A stretch of DNA of 64,000 nucleotides from Octopus bimaculoides. Its lineage: Eukaryota. The DNA lies in the NCBI RefSeq assembly GCF_001194135.2, contig NC_069000.1, positions 2,726,009-2,790,008 of the forward strand, read 5' to 3'. The first letter of the stretch is position 1. The number at the start of each line of letters is the position of its first letter. This document shows, in pieces, positions 11,991-27,329 of the stretch. The translations under genes and the position numbers were made by a program. Under the pieces are notes generated by a model, which saw nothing but the letters and a program-made list of their open reading frames with translations, was not told the origin of the DNA and did not search any database.

Positions 11991-13561
11991 CACACACACA
12001 CACACACACACACACATGCACACACGCACACACACACATTTTTACTATCGTAACCACAAACGTGATGGTAGGATCTATTTCTTCTGGCTCCGAATATAAT
12101 CGACACATTTTAGTCGAGTCTCATTTTATAATCTCAGACCCAAAGTGTAATTCATTCGTTGAAACAAAACAGAATTCAGTGAGCGATACACACGCAATTA
12201 TTTTTTTTTCCTTTATATTTTCATTGACTTTTTATCTTTTGACGTTAACAAAAGCGTGACTAATTCTCACAAAGACTTCGAAGAAACGAAGCCTAAAGCA
12301 ATAATATCTGTTATATAATCTTAATTGTTTCTGTTTCTCTTATTTCCTTTATTTGTTATCTTTCATCTGTTATATATTACACAATATAGAGAGTGGTCGC
12401 TTGACTAGATGGTCGGTCTGTCGGTTGGTTGGTTTGTTATTGCTGTCGTAATACTATTATTCGGTTTATATTAAAACACTTTCGTTTTCTTTAGAATGAT
12501 TCTTACAGATGTGATGATATACAATATATTAACCAAACAAATGCTAGCATTTCTCATTGACACAATTGAGAATGAAATAGCGAAAATTCTGAATTGATAT
12601 AATGAAGAAAACCTATATTGCTCAACGAAAGCCGAACTCTAATTAACGTTTTAATTAACGTTTGTATAATCAAATTGCTTTCTATAGACTCAGGCAAGAC
12701 TATGTTGTTAAAAGATTTGCTACGTAAACACGTGGTTAGTGCAAGCCATGAAGAGATACAATATTCTGCTGCAAGTGAGGATAATGTAATGTTCAATTCA
12801 AGATATCTAATACAAAACGGCGACCGTTTTGACTTGGAGCAAATTTCAGTTATAATAATAATACTAATATTAATAATAATGATATGGTATAGATGCATGT
12901 CTACCATGATAAATGCATACATGAATGCACACACACATACATACATGCATAAATGCATGTATAGAATATGAGGGGTTTGGTTCAGTGTCGATCTAAACGA
13001 ATAAGTACGCAGAGTAAGTGCTACAATTGGCCATCAGTTAGGTTCTGAGTTTGGAGCTAGGAACCCGCATTAGGCCTCCGAGTTAGCAAGTATATATACA
13101 GGAAGCATTCAATATGAGCCGGACATATTCTATTTCTTCACCAAAATCCTTCACGGCTGTGCAATAGAATGGTTGTTCTCCGTTGTCTAACGCAAATAAA
13201 AGAACATCTTTTATATAAACACACACACACACACACATCCAAACGCACACCCGCATTTCCAATACAACGCATATGCGTCGCGCTTCTTTGATAACAGAGT
13301 TCTTGTTTTGTATTATTAATCGTCAAATATATCTGTGTTGCAAGCCTATGAAATAAAGATGCGCCTACTTGCAGCATCTACATATGTGACACTGAAATTT
13401 CATTTTTGTTGTAACCGTGTAATTATGTACACGAGTGTAATCTAAAACTGCATTGCGAGTTAGATGCATGGCGCAATGAAGGGAGAAATGATGAAAAAGA
13501 CAAGGGAATACATATCTATCTACCTATCAATTTATTCATCTATATNNNNNNNNNNNNNNNN

Positions 13562-13621
<60 letters not shown>

Positions 13622-14544
13622 GATATGTATGAGAGAGAGAATGGGAGAGACTTTGTGTGGTGATATACTTACGACTGTTAGGAATACATTTATGGTAGCG
13701 TAAGGAGCACTGCATAAAGGCCTGCTTTATTGAGAAATAGTTGTAAAAAGAACGAAATAACATCTAACCATTATCATATAGAAACATATAATTGCATACA
13801 AGACATATAACAGTAAGAGCGAAATTGAATTTTGCTATGAACGTATATAGCGAGATTCCTTGAATAAATCGTACGTTCATGGTTAGGAAAGGTTCAATAC
13901 AAATACAATTTAACTACGGCAAAATAGCATATTACCAACCTCATATATCTATACTTTTCACATTTTCCCTGGTTATTCGATAATAGTCATGTAGGTCATG
14001 GCATGGAATTGTCTTGTTTAGAACAGTTATATTAATGCATAGGTGTTGTAATCTTAGAGAATTTAATGGATGTTCTTTCTACCTTTTGTATATTTGTCTT
14101 TGTTCGCCAGAGGTTAGATATATAGAAAATTGTACAGTGGGCGACTAATAGCATACTCTCTTTGCCACTTCACACACACACAAACACACGCAAATACATT
14201 CACAGAAGTTGAGAAAGAGGAATATAGAATTTTACGTAGACACAGATATATGCATATAGATATATGTGTGTGTATCTGTGTTTTAAATTTGTGCTTATGA
14301 TATCTCAGATGATTATAATAATTGATGTCATATTAAAATATAGTTATCAATCTCCCTATCGATCTACCGTTCTATCCATGTTTCTGTCTGGCCCTCTACA
14401 TCACTCTTTCTGTATGTGCGTCTAATATACATCATGTTGCTTATTTTGATTTTATTCACCTTACTTCGAGCTGTGCGGATAATAGCGGAATGTCTTAATG
14501 CTTCAACTTAAGTATCTAATTCAACTGAATCTCAATTATTTTCT

Positions 14545-14609
<65 letters not shown>

Positions 14610-15919
14610 GCATTCTGAAATAAATATTGCGACATCAACAGTCGTTCGAGTTAAAGTGACAAAAACTTGTACAACACCATTTTTCCTCTCTCTGGTCGCC
14701 GTAGTAAGTTCTAGTGACAGACATTGCAACTTGACGGGCACTATTTTCTCTGTATATTGTATGTAACAATATCTTTCTCGTCTATTCCTAGGACACCTAT
14801 ATAATCTAGCGGTTGTCTGAATTTTTTTTTATCTATGGCTCCCTTTCTTTACCAATTCCTTCTCTTGGTACCCCATATCCTTCCGATGTTGAAAAACTAA
14901 TTTCAAAGGTACTACTTTCAAAATTCCTATTTCCTTATTCTCTCATTCACTTGTATAGGTTGGCCCATGTTAAACGGTTGAGATAGAAAGTTAGCTGTTT
15001 CTTGCAACATATACATTTCAATCAAAAGTTTTCAGGGACGCTTAAAATACGATTGTGGCCCCAAATTTAATATTTTGCTAGCGACGAACCTCGAAATCTT
15101 ATATGGACACCCAGGAATCATATGGAGTACAGATGAGAAACATAGTAACATTGTAAACCAATGACAGTCACTGCTGTTTGGCGAGAGCACGTACCAAGAG
15201 TTGCAGCACGGAAACCTGACACCTGACGTTACTTCATTCATTATACAGTGTTTATGAAAATATTTAGGCTCGTGAAATATCAGCCAACTACTCACGTTTA
15301 AGTAATAGATTTTACTTCTTTCTTTAAACTTTCTCAAAAATAATGGGTGATTTCTTTCAGAAAGCAGTGAATATAGAGATAGCAAGGCACTGCTCCATTA
15401 CCGATACTAATACTGTGTACATCCATAGTATTCGTAAAGTACATCGTTCATTAAAATCACATAAATTTCGCAAGATCTCTTTCTTCTGTCGAAAATCCAA
15501 AGTTAAAAATCATTTCAGTCCCAATTATTTAAATCTAATTATGAATATTTTAACACTCAGAATATTTATTATTCTGTAAATTTACCGACTCAGTTTTATG
15601 ATTTATATTTATATATTTCACTGGCTAGACATTTCTCTATACATATGTTCTCTACATATGATTTATTACGAAATAAGAAAATGATTCTGCTGAAGCAAGA
15701 CATTGGTTTTGAATGTGGTGAGAAAGAATATAAATTGTTTTCTACAGGCTATTAAAAAATGATTTAGTTACAAGGTTTCTTCTGTTTCAGCTGCATGTAA
15801 ATGTTTAGGAGAAACCTTTTTTACTGAGGAAAATTTTAAAACTGCGGAGAATTTCATCTGGTGAAGGCACATATGCAGCATAGCAAGAACTGCAACCCAA
15901 CGAATATTTCTTTCCTTCA

Positions 15920-16480
15920 ATACAAGTAAATATTTCTATCCCAAATGGATAGCAACGCTCTATAAAGCGCAGTCGAGGCGCATGGCCTGTACGATCTAAC
16001 TTTTGCGCTTAAATCGGGTACAGTGTTGCTATTACGTATACGGGCTTCTTGGCCACATTCACACATGAAAGGCACTTCACTGATTGGCATCCTATAACAT
16101 AAAGTCTGATTCTTCCATTCACAGACAGAAAATATTCCAGCTTCCTTCATCTTTTACCGCTCAATAAGTATTAAATTAGTTCTTTTATAGAATATTACCC
16201 ATACATTTGGGACGATACTAGTGCTACACACGTAGACATTGTTAAGTTCAGAAAGAACGAACAACTAATTAGAATTCAGTCACAATCTGACACACCTCAG
16301 GCTCTGCCAATAGACAGAAGGCTGAGCTGTGTCTCTTTTTTTATCATGTCTGCCATTACTATAACATTCTCTTCTCGGTATAACAGTCTGATTTCGTATC
16401 TCTACCACTCAAACTTCATCCAGCACTCTTGTTTTCCACGGCCATCAACATTCGTTGTTCACTATGGAAAACGAGAGTTA
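15920..16480 (-). mobile_element. Highly decayed LINE reverse transcriptase relic
   Basis: Minus-strand peptide TVPDLSAKVRSYRPCASTALYRALLSIW resembles the RT motif (KGD..NYRPISL..YK.L..I). An upstream NKSAG resembles the KxxGxD motif. Very degenerate. Confidence 0.35.
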
Positions 16481-19059
16481 CACTGTGGTCTCGCCCTTAG
16501 CAGTATAACCCGTCATTTCTCCCGCTATATGAAGAAAGACTGGATAATTGTGGTTGAATGCCTTTGTTGATCGGAGCTTCTTCACTAGGAGAGCTACTGT
16601 TAAACTGAATGAAACAACAGCTCTTCAAAGAGAGTGTTTATAATTACTTAACCCGTTAGAATTGCCAGCAGAGTGTCCGGTCACCAATATCAACTTTGTG
16701 TTCTTGGGAAAATAGAGGATACCATAATAACTCTAGCAAAACCTAACATGATGGTCACAAGCGGAACGTCTTTGATCAGTCATAGTCCTGCGTCAGCGGG
16801 ATGTTTACCAGGTGCTAAACATAAACTAGTTTTACTGTTCAGTTAGAAGATAATCTAACGCAAGTAAAAAAAGAAGGCATAAAGACAGCGAGAGCAAAAC
16901 GAACGAGTGAGTGAATGAAAGAGAGAAAGAGAGAGAGAGAGAGTGTTTGTGTGTATATGTGAGAACGAGAGAGAGAAATAGAGAGGTTTGTATGAAGAGT
17001 AAGAAGGGATTTTTGTTAAGAAAAATATAAAACGAAACACTTTTATTGGGAAACATTTGTTTGTAACCTTTCCTCTCTAGTTCTAAGTGCATCACCAGAT
17101 ATTTGATTATATCTTTTATGCAATTCGTTTGAAATACTGGCACTTTTATACCAATGGAGGTGAAAAGGTAGCATTGTTTTGTTATTTATATTTTAAAATA
17201 AATTATGCAGAAGCGCTACATTTATGACTAAGTAAACTTCCATGTATTAGTTGGCAGAGTAAGTACATTTCTGTGTTTTGTTCCAAAATCTACTTGGGTG
17301 GAACGGTTATTAATTGCAGTAGTGTAAGTATATATAGAGTTTGAATGTTCCAGCTGCATTGCTGCTATTCACTGCATAAGAAATGAACGTTCCGGAGTAT
17401 CTGCAAGTGGTTTGCATGCAGATTTCCGTGGTTATATCGAGATTACCAATGAATGTAAAAACTTACTATTTCACAAAATACCACAGAATTATTACTATCA
17501 GTCCCTGATGCTTTGGAGTTCAAATTGTAATTAAACTAGACAAACACAGGTTGCTACAGTCCCAGTATGGCCACGATCAAATTACTGAAGCAAGTAAAAT
17601 TTGAAAGGTATAAAATGACGTATACACGCACACATGTGCACTTCTCTTCCTACATATATACATATATATATACATATATATATATATTCCGTGTTACGCC
17701 AAGAAATTTTGCGCGTGTTATCAGAAATTTCTGTTTTAACTAAGACACATTATGTAATAAATGCGTTTCTTATATATTGGGCGTGTGTAGGAGGGAAGAA
17801 GAATACTTACATATATACATACATATTTGTATATTTATGCATTCGGGCAAACATTCTTCTCTAAGTATTATAGAATTAAGAGTTTCTAGTGTTTCTCTGT
17901 AGACTATTAACAATAAGAGAGACATACAAGAAATATTGTTCTCGAAGCATATTCACCTTGTTTGCATCATTCTTAATTAAAGTTGCACCTGCTAGATATA
18001 TGAAGCTAATTTCCACTCTATTAAATCCTCCTCTCTTGCAAAAACAAATAACAAATATCCTAAGCTTCTAGAACATAAAACCATAACTCAATAGGCATGA
18101 CTGGAGTTTTTATGATCAAAATGTAAGTCAACTACGCTGTGAATAAGTGGTGGCGGGATAAACATTAACAATAACAACACCATACAACAAAAGTGAACCA
18201 AAATACACTGCCCAAGTGATAAATAACAATACACGAAGTCTGTCCCACTGCCCTCTGACAAGACTCATCATGGTATATTAGTTTGCACACCAGAGTCGTT
18301 GGGAAAGACAAGACGTAACTTAAAAGCATGGGCATATCTAATAGGGAAGCAAGTGGAGGAATCGCTCCCCCGCGGGCACAATTTTCAGAATTGGCGCCTT
18401 TTCAATAATTTTAACTCTTTAATCCACTTCCGTGATAAACGTCGATTCTTTTAATTTTTGTTTTTTGTTAATTGCATTTGTTTTGAAGAACTCTGAAGTC
18501 ATTAGCTTGACTGCTAAATTCCTTGTGATGTGTTGATTGCCACTGACATTTGAAGAACCTGTACTACTGACGTCATAACCTCTCAACGATGAACGATCCC
18601 GTAGAGTTATATCTTTTTCACGCCACACCTATATCAGTAGCTCCACGGTTCACAGATAACGATTTTAATGAATTTAGAATTCATTTACGTATATCATAGC
18701 TAATGGAATACTTCGTGTAATATAATGGAAAGCAATCAGAAAATTATTTGGTATGTGTCACGGGGATTTTTTTTTTGTGTGTGCGCTCTCTTCGTAACTT
18801 TAGAACCTGCTTACATCTCTTGTAAAGAGACTGATTGGCGTGTGACGCATCATAGGGATGCACGATTACGGAATTGCTAATTTATCCATGAACAAACAAA
18901 TAACATCCATATTTCTCTCAAATTGCACCATTGTCTTTAAAACAATGAATATCTAAAAAAAGGACTGGTCCGATGTGAATAAATTTGATGATCACATCTA
19001 TTCTCAAACAGGGTTTGCCTGTAACGAAACAATAACAAGTTGTAGGTTTCTTACTGTTC

Positions 19060-19113
<54 letters not shown>

Positions 19114-21519
19114 CCACTTTGTTGGCGCTGCAAAGGGTAATTAAATTGAATGACACAATGCGATATTTAATATACGATAAACCGATTTGGTTTAAAATCT
19201 CATGACAAATCTTACATTATCGATATAGCCTAGTTATCCATCAATTTAAATTCAGTTAAAGCAAGGCGTAAATAGTACTGCTAAATGTTGTATTGGGAAA
19301 TCAAATTGAGACCTCTAAGATCTCTAATTCTGTAATCGGTTTATGTTACTAATGAATAATCTTACTGCATGTAAAGTGGCGATTGTCGAAATTAATTGCG
19401 TGATATTGATTAAGAATCTCAAGTCTGTTTATAAATTCATAGCAAAATATAGTTACTTAAGTAGGGGGGAAGATTTAAAGAAACGATTATCTGAATTTTT
19501 GTGATGAATTGTTGTTATATTCATCTTTAAAATCAGCCTATTCAATTGAATTGTCAGATATTTTGTTATTGATTTTTCTGTGAAAAACAAAACTGCAACA
19601 AACAAAGAAACAAGCTAGGAATGCTGATACTATTATTGCAACAGTCATTCGGCTCGGTATCTTCCTTTCATTTTTGTGTGAAGCAGACAGCAGTTATCCA
19701 TCACTATTTTGCTTCCTCCGAGGTAGAGATAATTGTTTAAATAAGTATATCTCTCCGCCAACGAAACAAAGGAAATGTCTATGCGATTTGACTACTAGAA
19801 CCTACACAGAACGGAAATGATATTGTGAGAGAATGATACAATACGGAAATATATGTATTCGTACATACATACGTAATATGTGTGTGTGTTTATATATGAG
19901 CAAAATGCAATGCATCGTAATGCAACGATGGCTTAAACTGGCTGAAATTTAAAACACTCTGTAAATGATATACTTGTTTAAGAATTACATATATATCTTA
20001 TTATAATGATGCTCTAGCTAAGGCTGGGCACCGTGATAGAATTCAATATATACAAGATAAGGCTTAAGTAACACTGGGAATTCCTTCAACTGCGATACAC
20101 ATCGGTGAAGGGGAGAAAAAGAATTAGAGAAAGGATGAGAGAGAAAAATATGAAAGGGGGAGAAGGCTATTTCAGCTAAAACTTTATCCAGTAGCTCTTT
20201 TGAAGACCTCCACATCTACACTTTACAAATCTCTGATATTGTTTGTCAAAAATGAGTACAGTTGTGGACCACTGGAACTGAAGCTGTTAAAGTACGGGTT
20301 CCTTACTCGAGATGGAGAAAACGGGATCTAATGTTGCTAAAACTGTGGGTAAAAATCAAAGAACACGAGGAAGGGAACGAGGGGGCATTAAGTCTCTGAT
20401 TTGTTCATACAAGTGTTCCTAGCACTCTTCTTCGATTGTGTACAAATAACGCACTTTATTACTGCCGATGATATCTTACCAACTGGAGCTTAGAGCGAAT
20501 TTCAATATTTTGTTTTTATTGCAGCTCCTTTCACAATTAGAATATCTGTGTGTATGAGTTTATTTTTGGTACACTAATTTCCACACATTAATAAAATATT
20601 ACTTTAACGCTTGGTTTGCTTCCAGGTACACTGGGAAGTGCAAAACACTTAGAAACAAATCATTAATTCACCTTTTTTCGCTGAATTCTTATATAGTATA
20701 GAGGATAAGAGCTTCAAACGAAATAAGTGTGTTCGAAATTAATAGATATTGGGTCCTTATTTGTATTGCTTGAATCAGAAAAATCACTTTCACAAAGGTA
20801 AATTACAAAATAAGCCATTCGCACTGAACGCATATTGTTGGCATAATACATTTGACACAAGACACCAGTAGATCTAATGGAAGAAAGTGTAACTTCTTTC
20901 ATCAAGGGATGCCATATTAACAGAAACAATAGTGTTTTATTATATAGTATAAGAAAATTCTGGACAAAATGTAGCTTATATCCACACCGACGGCTATTGT
21001 GCTAGTATAAATTATATATATTCATATGCGATAAAATAAGTAAATATATAAGGCTGTTCTGTTGATAATGGAGATAAGGATGTAATAATCCATAAGTGAA
21101 TTTATATTCATAGATAATAAAAATTTATATGAGAGAACTATTTTAATATATATTTTGCAAATTCCTATGTTGATACATTTGTGTTTGTATAAGATTATTA
21201 ATCTAGGTTCTGAACACAGTATTTTCGTTGATATTTTCTAGATGAAAGCAATCTAGAGAGAGCATTACAAAATTGTTTTTGCAAATCAGTTACTGACATT
21301 TGCTTTCTGATTTCAAATACAGGCTATCAAGGTCTTAATTCCATTTTGGAGGCAAAACTAATCCGTGCTGACAATCATTGGTTTCTGTAACAAATCGTTG
21401 ATAAAATCCAGCTAGCATTGATTATAGAAGAACCAACCATCTTGCATGGTCAGTATGATTTTGTATGAACATTGTCTTGTTCTTTTTATGATAATTATTA
21501 AAATGGAAATAATCCGTTT

Positions 21520-21885
21520 TAAAATGGGTATGTCGATTACATCGACTCCAGTGCTCAACTGGTACGTATGACATTGACTCCGAAAGGATGAAAAGAAAAG
21601 TAGACCTGATGAAATCTGAAATCAGAACGCATACACGGACGAAATGCTGCTAAGCATTTTGTTCGGCATCCTAACATTTTCGCTAGGTCGTCGCCTTACA
21701 CTTCACAGAAGTAACAGTTTGAAAGTTTGGTACAAGGCCAGCCATTTCACGGGAGAGAGTTATTCGATTATATCGATCCCAGTATTCAACTAGTATTTAC
21801 TTCATCGACCTCGGTGGAATGTGAAATCAGAACGTGTAGAGTGACTTAATGCCGTTAAGGATTTTTACTGGCTGCTAACTCCTTA
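21520..21885 (-). mobile_element. Two adjacent SINE family 1 copies (the second internally deleted)
   Basis: 21520-21698 and about 21719-21885 both reverse-complement the 5115-5327 element (GTCGATTACATCGAC..CAGTGCTCAACTGGTAC..GAAAGGATGAAA). Confidence 0.75.
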
Positions 21886-22726
21886 TTTCTTGCAGAAATA
21901 ATGATATATAAATTCAGCTTGGCTTGCTTGAGATAATGTATAACTCCCAGGAACTGGAAGACGAGAAAGGAATATTAGATTATATGGTGGCGGTTACATC
22001 CCATAAGTGTGGAAGCTGGTGGCTGAAATGCATGTTGATAAAAGTTTGGTGGATTAGAGATTCATCTGGGTTTAACAACAATCAGCTCTCTAAATTAGTG
22101 ATTGATACGTGTGTAGTTGTAGAGGTTCTTTTGAGTGCATTCATTGTAGCATAGATTTGACTGCATTCATTGTAATATATATTTTCATTTTCTGTCACAA
22201 GATATTCAAACGTCATCAACGCAGTTCTAGCAACCTATGGGAAATCATGAGTACTTGTGATTTTCGATTTTATTCCCCAGTCACAAACAAAAGGATACAC
22301 ATCTCAGCCTCAAATTTTATACGATTTGCATAACGTCGAAACTTATTTCATGGAGAAGACATTAAAAAGAACCTCAGTGGCATAAAGTCAATGGAAAAGA
22401 ATATCTTTAAATTCACAACAGAACGGAATCAAAATAGGAATAAATTAAGCCTACAATGGACAAGACAGGAAATTACCACAGAAACACAAAATGCATTCAG
22501 TTGAAATATTTAGTGAGCGTCATCCAGACAATTAGATGATACAAAATGGGACACGACAAAACAAGGACGGGTCTTTGGAGTTATCTTTCGTCAGTCGAGT
22601 TCCGATTTATATTTACAGTTTCGGCTGGTTTTACTCGTGATTGCTTCAATCTGGCCAGCCCCAAACAATAATATATATANNNNNNNNNNNNNNNNNNNNN
22701 NNNNNNNNNNNNNNNNNNNNNNNNNN

Positions 22727-22759
<33 letters not shown>

Positions 22760-23155
22760 GCCCAGTGTATGCAAGGCAAGAGATAATCTCCATTTCGGAA
22801 AATACGAAATCTATGCAAGACGAATTTCCATATATTACTGCAATCAATGTCCGAATTGCATTACAACTGTTTTATATGGCCATAATGCAGAGGCGCAAAA
22901 CATATGTGTTATATATTCAATTGTCACCATTTAATGTAGACATTTCATATTTGGTAGTGAGAGTAATGCACCAAGGGACTAAGGATGGTCAACTATCAAA
23001 TTTTCATATTGTAATTTCTATGAATATTTGTCTGCGTTGCACCAAATTGTGTGCAAATAGAACCAACACTGTTGCGTATGTTTACACTTACGCAACCACG
23101 CACAAATGCGCAGGTGTATTCACACACGTACACACAAACACACACACATAGAACA

Positions 23156-23202
<47 letters not shown>

Positions 23203-23326
23203 ATTTACATATATACATATTTATAGGTATATATATGTATGTATATATGTATGTATATGTGTAAATATGTATATAAGTTGTACGTATATATGCATATATA
23301 TATGCATATGTATATATGTATATATA

Positions 23327-23368
<42 letters not shown>

Positions 23369-24203
23369 NNNNNNNNNNATACATATACGAGTGTGTGTGT
23401 GTGATAGTAATATAATACCTGCAACCCATTCTTTGGCGTTTACAGTTTCATTCAGAATCGTAATTCTCAAGTAGACGCACAATATCACATTGCTATTGCC
23501 ATTGCGATAAAAAAAATAATAATACATACATAAAACGTGTCATTCTTCGTCGACACCAAAAGCTAACCATCGAAGCAAAGCTAAAAGCAATTTGGCTCAA
23601 AAAGTAATTTTCCCCTTGCAATGTTGCCAATGGCCAAAATTATAGAAGAGACAGAATAAATAGCGGGAACTGTTTCATGAGACTTAATGAAAAAATGTAA
23701 CGACATTGCTGAAAATGATTTCCGTATCTCATTTTACTAAACCGCATGTCAAAAATTTCTAAATATTTGGTAAATCAGCCAGAAATAGCAGCTAAATATT
23801 TTTCGCCGGTTTTGCAGGCTTCATCTATCAATCACAGTCCCCAGATTAATAAACAGAAGATATATGTCAAAACATGTCAGTGGTGTCATAATTAATCTAA
23901 TGAGACCTAACATAATTCACTGAAGAGGTTCATTAAAACCAAAACATGTCTAGGGTTGTCTTTACTTGCCTTTCTTGAACAGTATGATCTATTATTCTTT
24001 TGTTTGAATGCAGCCACCCTCGAGCGCCGCATTTAAGGGTTTTATTTGCACAATTCAAATTTATTATTTTTCGCGTCTAATACTTTCAGCTTCTTTTAAG
24101 AAACTGCGAAGGTACGCAATTTTGAAAAAAAAACAGCACCGATTTGTTGACGGTTGAGAGGCATAAACACATAGAAATACACACACATGCACTAGCAGAC
24201 ACG

Positions 24204-24248
<45 letters not shown>

Positions 24249-24569
24249 GCAATGATCTTCAACACAGTTTCTACCGTCGCCAGTTAACGGTCATCTTGAA
24301 TTAAAAGTCTTTCACGTTAGATGCAGCGCCGTACGACTGAACCTGAAATCACGGAATTGCCTAGTGAACTTTATAATCACAGTGTCATGCCCTCGTCTAT
24401 GTTAATATTTGTATCCCCCAAATATATCCCCAAACTGTATTTCAATACCTTTGCTGCTTTGCTGTAAACTCATACCATTTGGCTTCGGGAATATCATTAT
24501 TACTATACACATAACAGATTAGAAAAATTCCTAATATCGGGCTACAGCAAAAAAACCATAGATGCTTAT

Positions 24570-25311
24570 TATTGCATCACGAAAATACTCAACTTTATGT
24601 TGCTGACTTAAGTGATACTTGTTTACTGATCGGGCTACAAGAACCCTGCGGAAAACTCTTGCAGAAAAAAAACATTGATAATTTTTGCAAGTGTTCTATT
24701 TTTATATTTGATCCAACTATTTTGAGCCACGCCAGTAGTTTTGCATTGATACGTTCAAGCGCACTAATCGCTATTCGTATCACGTCCATTTTCTTCATTT
24801 CCCATAACCTGTGTATTTTCCATTTCAATTCATCATCATAGTTGTTCACTTTTTCTTCTCTCTCTTCCATCCTTTGGTCAACATGACATGCTATGTCAAT
24901 TACCAGGCATGCTTATTCTTTTCTTTTTGTTCACCAAAAACAATGCCCTGCTTCCGATGTTCAATCTGCTTAATCACACCGAATCATTGCATCCCACAGG
25001 TTTTTGCAATTCTCATTCTCAGCAAATTATTCTGGGATTTGGTCGTATCATGTCTTTGATCGTTCTCGGCCATAATTTCCACTAAAGCCCGATGGACCAT
25101 TCTTACCACACTGACATGTCACCTTGAGTGTTCTTGTGTCAATTTCGAGCATTCATTAACAATGTGCCACAATATTTCGTCCCTCTCACCACACGTTCTG
25201 CGTTTGTTGCCCTCTGTAGTTTTATCAGTTCTGCAATTCACATAGTCTATTCTCAATGCTTGTTCTTGTGTCGCGCATACAAATGCGTTTCTATCTCCAG
25301 CTCCTCCCCAT
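24570..25311 (-). mobile_element. R4/Dong-clade LINE 3' fragment (CCHC knuckle, restriction-like endonuclease and C-terminus), decayed
   Basis: Successive minus-strand peptides: AFVCATQEQALRIDY..TDKTTEGNKRRTCGERDEILWHIVNECSKL; ENENCKNLWDAMIRCD..EHRKQGIV..DIAC; EEKVNNYDDELKWKIHRLWEMKKMDVIRIAISAL..IEHLQK. Multiple stops and frameshifts; AAT-like tail near 24570. Confidence 0.85.
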
Positions 25312-25495
25312 GCATCCGTGGCCGTATTTCGTCCGTCTTTACTTTCAGGGATCAAATTTTCAACCATTCGAGGACAATAACTTGCGTAGCATTTAAGTCC
25401 TGGTGTCGACGTAATCTACTTATCTTCTCCCCCCAAATTGCTGGTCTTGTGCCAGCAATTTGAAATCGTTATTATTCTTATTCTTATTATTAAAG
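25312..25495 (+). mobile_element. SINE family 1 (partial), abutting the R4/Dong fragment
   Basis: ATTTCGTCCGTCTTTAC..GTCGACGTAATCTACTTATC..CCCCAAATTGCTGGTCTTGTGCCA..TTTGAAA followed by a (TTA/TTC) tail. Confidence 0.75.
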
Positions 25496-27247
25496 CATCT
25501 TTTATGACTTTCCATGTCATATAGCTGTCTTATCAAATTAAAATCGTAAGGAATTTAAGCGCTGTTTATTTTCATATTTCATTGAGTTGAGTTGATATCA
25601 TTTCAAGTAGAATCAAAAGAAAACTATTAAAAAGTGTTAAAATATATTTAAGACTTTTATAAAATATATTTCGGAAGAACGATAAGTTGAAATACGGAAA
25701 CAACATAATAATGAATAAATAAGTAAATAAATACGTATACAACCTTTTAGTGGTAAATCGAATATTAACGATTTTATTATGAAAAATCACATTTTCAATT
25801 ACCAAATCACACTAAGTACATTGAGTAAAGAACTCGAGAGTATTTACAGCTTGCAGCAGCTAATACGTGTAAATAAGGAAGAGATACTTTTACTTAATGT
25901 AAATGGAAAGCGACTGCAAAATTTCATATTTCAAAATATCTCTGTGGGAAATTATTTAGACTTAAAAACTAAAACTAAAAATATACTAAAGATGTTCTTA
26001 TTTGCTTTATCATGTTGCTAGACTACAAGTCGAATTATTACTCCTTTGAGATGTATCTTGGTTAGTTTGGCTTTTATATATTGGTGTTTCGCCAGCCATC
26101 TACTTAAACACATCAGTATTTTTAAAAAAATGGTTTTAGCCATTGCTTCAAACAGAAAGCTATATTATTACTTAAGGGAATGTAAGTTGAAAGTATCGAT
26201 TGCTATGTTTTTTTCATACTTTTCTTTATGCTTATGCATTTCGCCTAATGTATTTTATGGGAAATTAATTTATGTGTAATCATTCTTGCAAATATATTAA
26301 ACTATTAAGCACTAATGCGTTATTTTGTTGTATACATTGATGAATCGTTACTTAAACCACGTGAATTTAATAGTTTGTTCATATAAACATTCTCAAACCA
26401 TAAAATCGTCCCGGTGCTCATTTCTCATTGCAGACTTATTGCGATGTAGTTAGAGTTGATATATGCCCCGAGAGGAAAATACAATAGACAAAATACAGGG
26501 GGTAATATGTGAAAAGTAATGGCTTTCTGTGTGTAGAAAAGATTGTGCTGAGTTAATTCAAATTTGAAGCTATTGCGAGGCTCTTTGGTAAATATTACAG
26601 ATATTCATGCACACAAGTTGAAAAAACGATTCTAGGCACACGCACACAAGTTCAAATACGCACATCACATATACACTCAGAGGTATCACTTTCTCTGTGT
26701 ATTCGCTTGTTCATATATATGGTTATGTATCACTCTCCCTCCCTCTCTTTTTCTCTCTTGGTATATATATATATATATATCAGATTGGTGTCGAAATTAG
26801 ACGAAGTTTAGTCTATTGCAGCTATTTTACTTAGAAAATTACAAGACTTAAACTCAAGCCTTAGCAACGGAATATAATTTTATTTGAAACTGATTCCGAA
26901 ATCTTCTTAAAGAGTGAACCCAGCTGAAAGAAACAGAGGTCCTAATGTTCCTGTTCAATTCGGGTACGGATGAAAGTCAAACAATATTTCACTGCTTAAG
27001 TGATGCGTCATTCAAACTGCGTGAATAGAAGAGACTATACGAGGAGAGTTGTGGGTTATATAAAATTCTCCTACTTCACAAGAGATGAATAAAGTAACGC
27101 AAGTCTGTATGGCACAAATGTTACCGTGCAAAACATTCCAGTGAAATATGACTGCTTGAATGGGATAAAATAATCGATATTATTTACGCGCAATATAGAG
27201 GAAAAATACACCTCATTGAGGTCGAGTCGCGTAAGTACTCGGGAGAG

Positions 27248-27291
<44 letters not shown>

Positions 27292-27329
27292 CATTTTTAA
27301 TTATATTTTGGTCCAATCTCCTACAGAGA

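Noticed and set aside
12688-12777. Plus-strand exon-like segment reading DSGKTMLLKDLLRKH (Walker A-like)
   Set aside because: The GxxxxGKT motif is incomplete, no partner exons were found, and it is compatible with chance.
13673-13763. Minus-strand ATG ORF ending in a phase-1 gtaagt donor, a possible first exon of the Ig gene
   Set aside because: The peptide MLFRSFYNYFSIKQAFMQCSLRYHKCIPNS has no hydrophobic signal core, so there is no support beyond the donor match.
22250-22560. Possible CR1 relic (NIFKFTTE..NKL..NAFS), and a possible R4/Dong tail at about 34255-34375
   Set aside because: The similarity is too weak to call by eye; it needs a profile search.
22610-22675. Minus-strand GGCTGG/CCAGCC stem followed by GAAAC
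   Set aside because: The CUGANGA core is absent and the region is truncated by a microsatellite and a gap.
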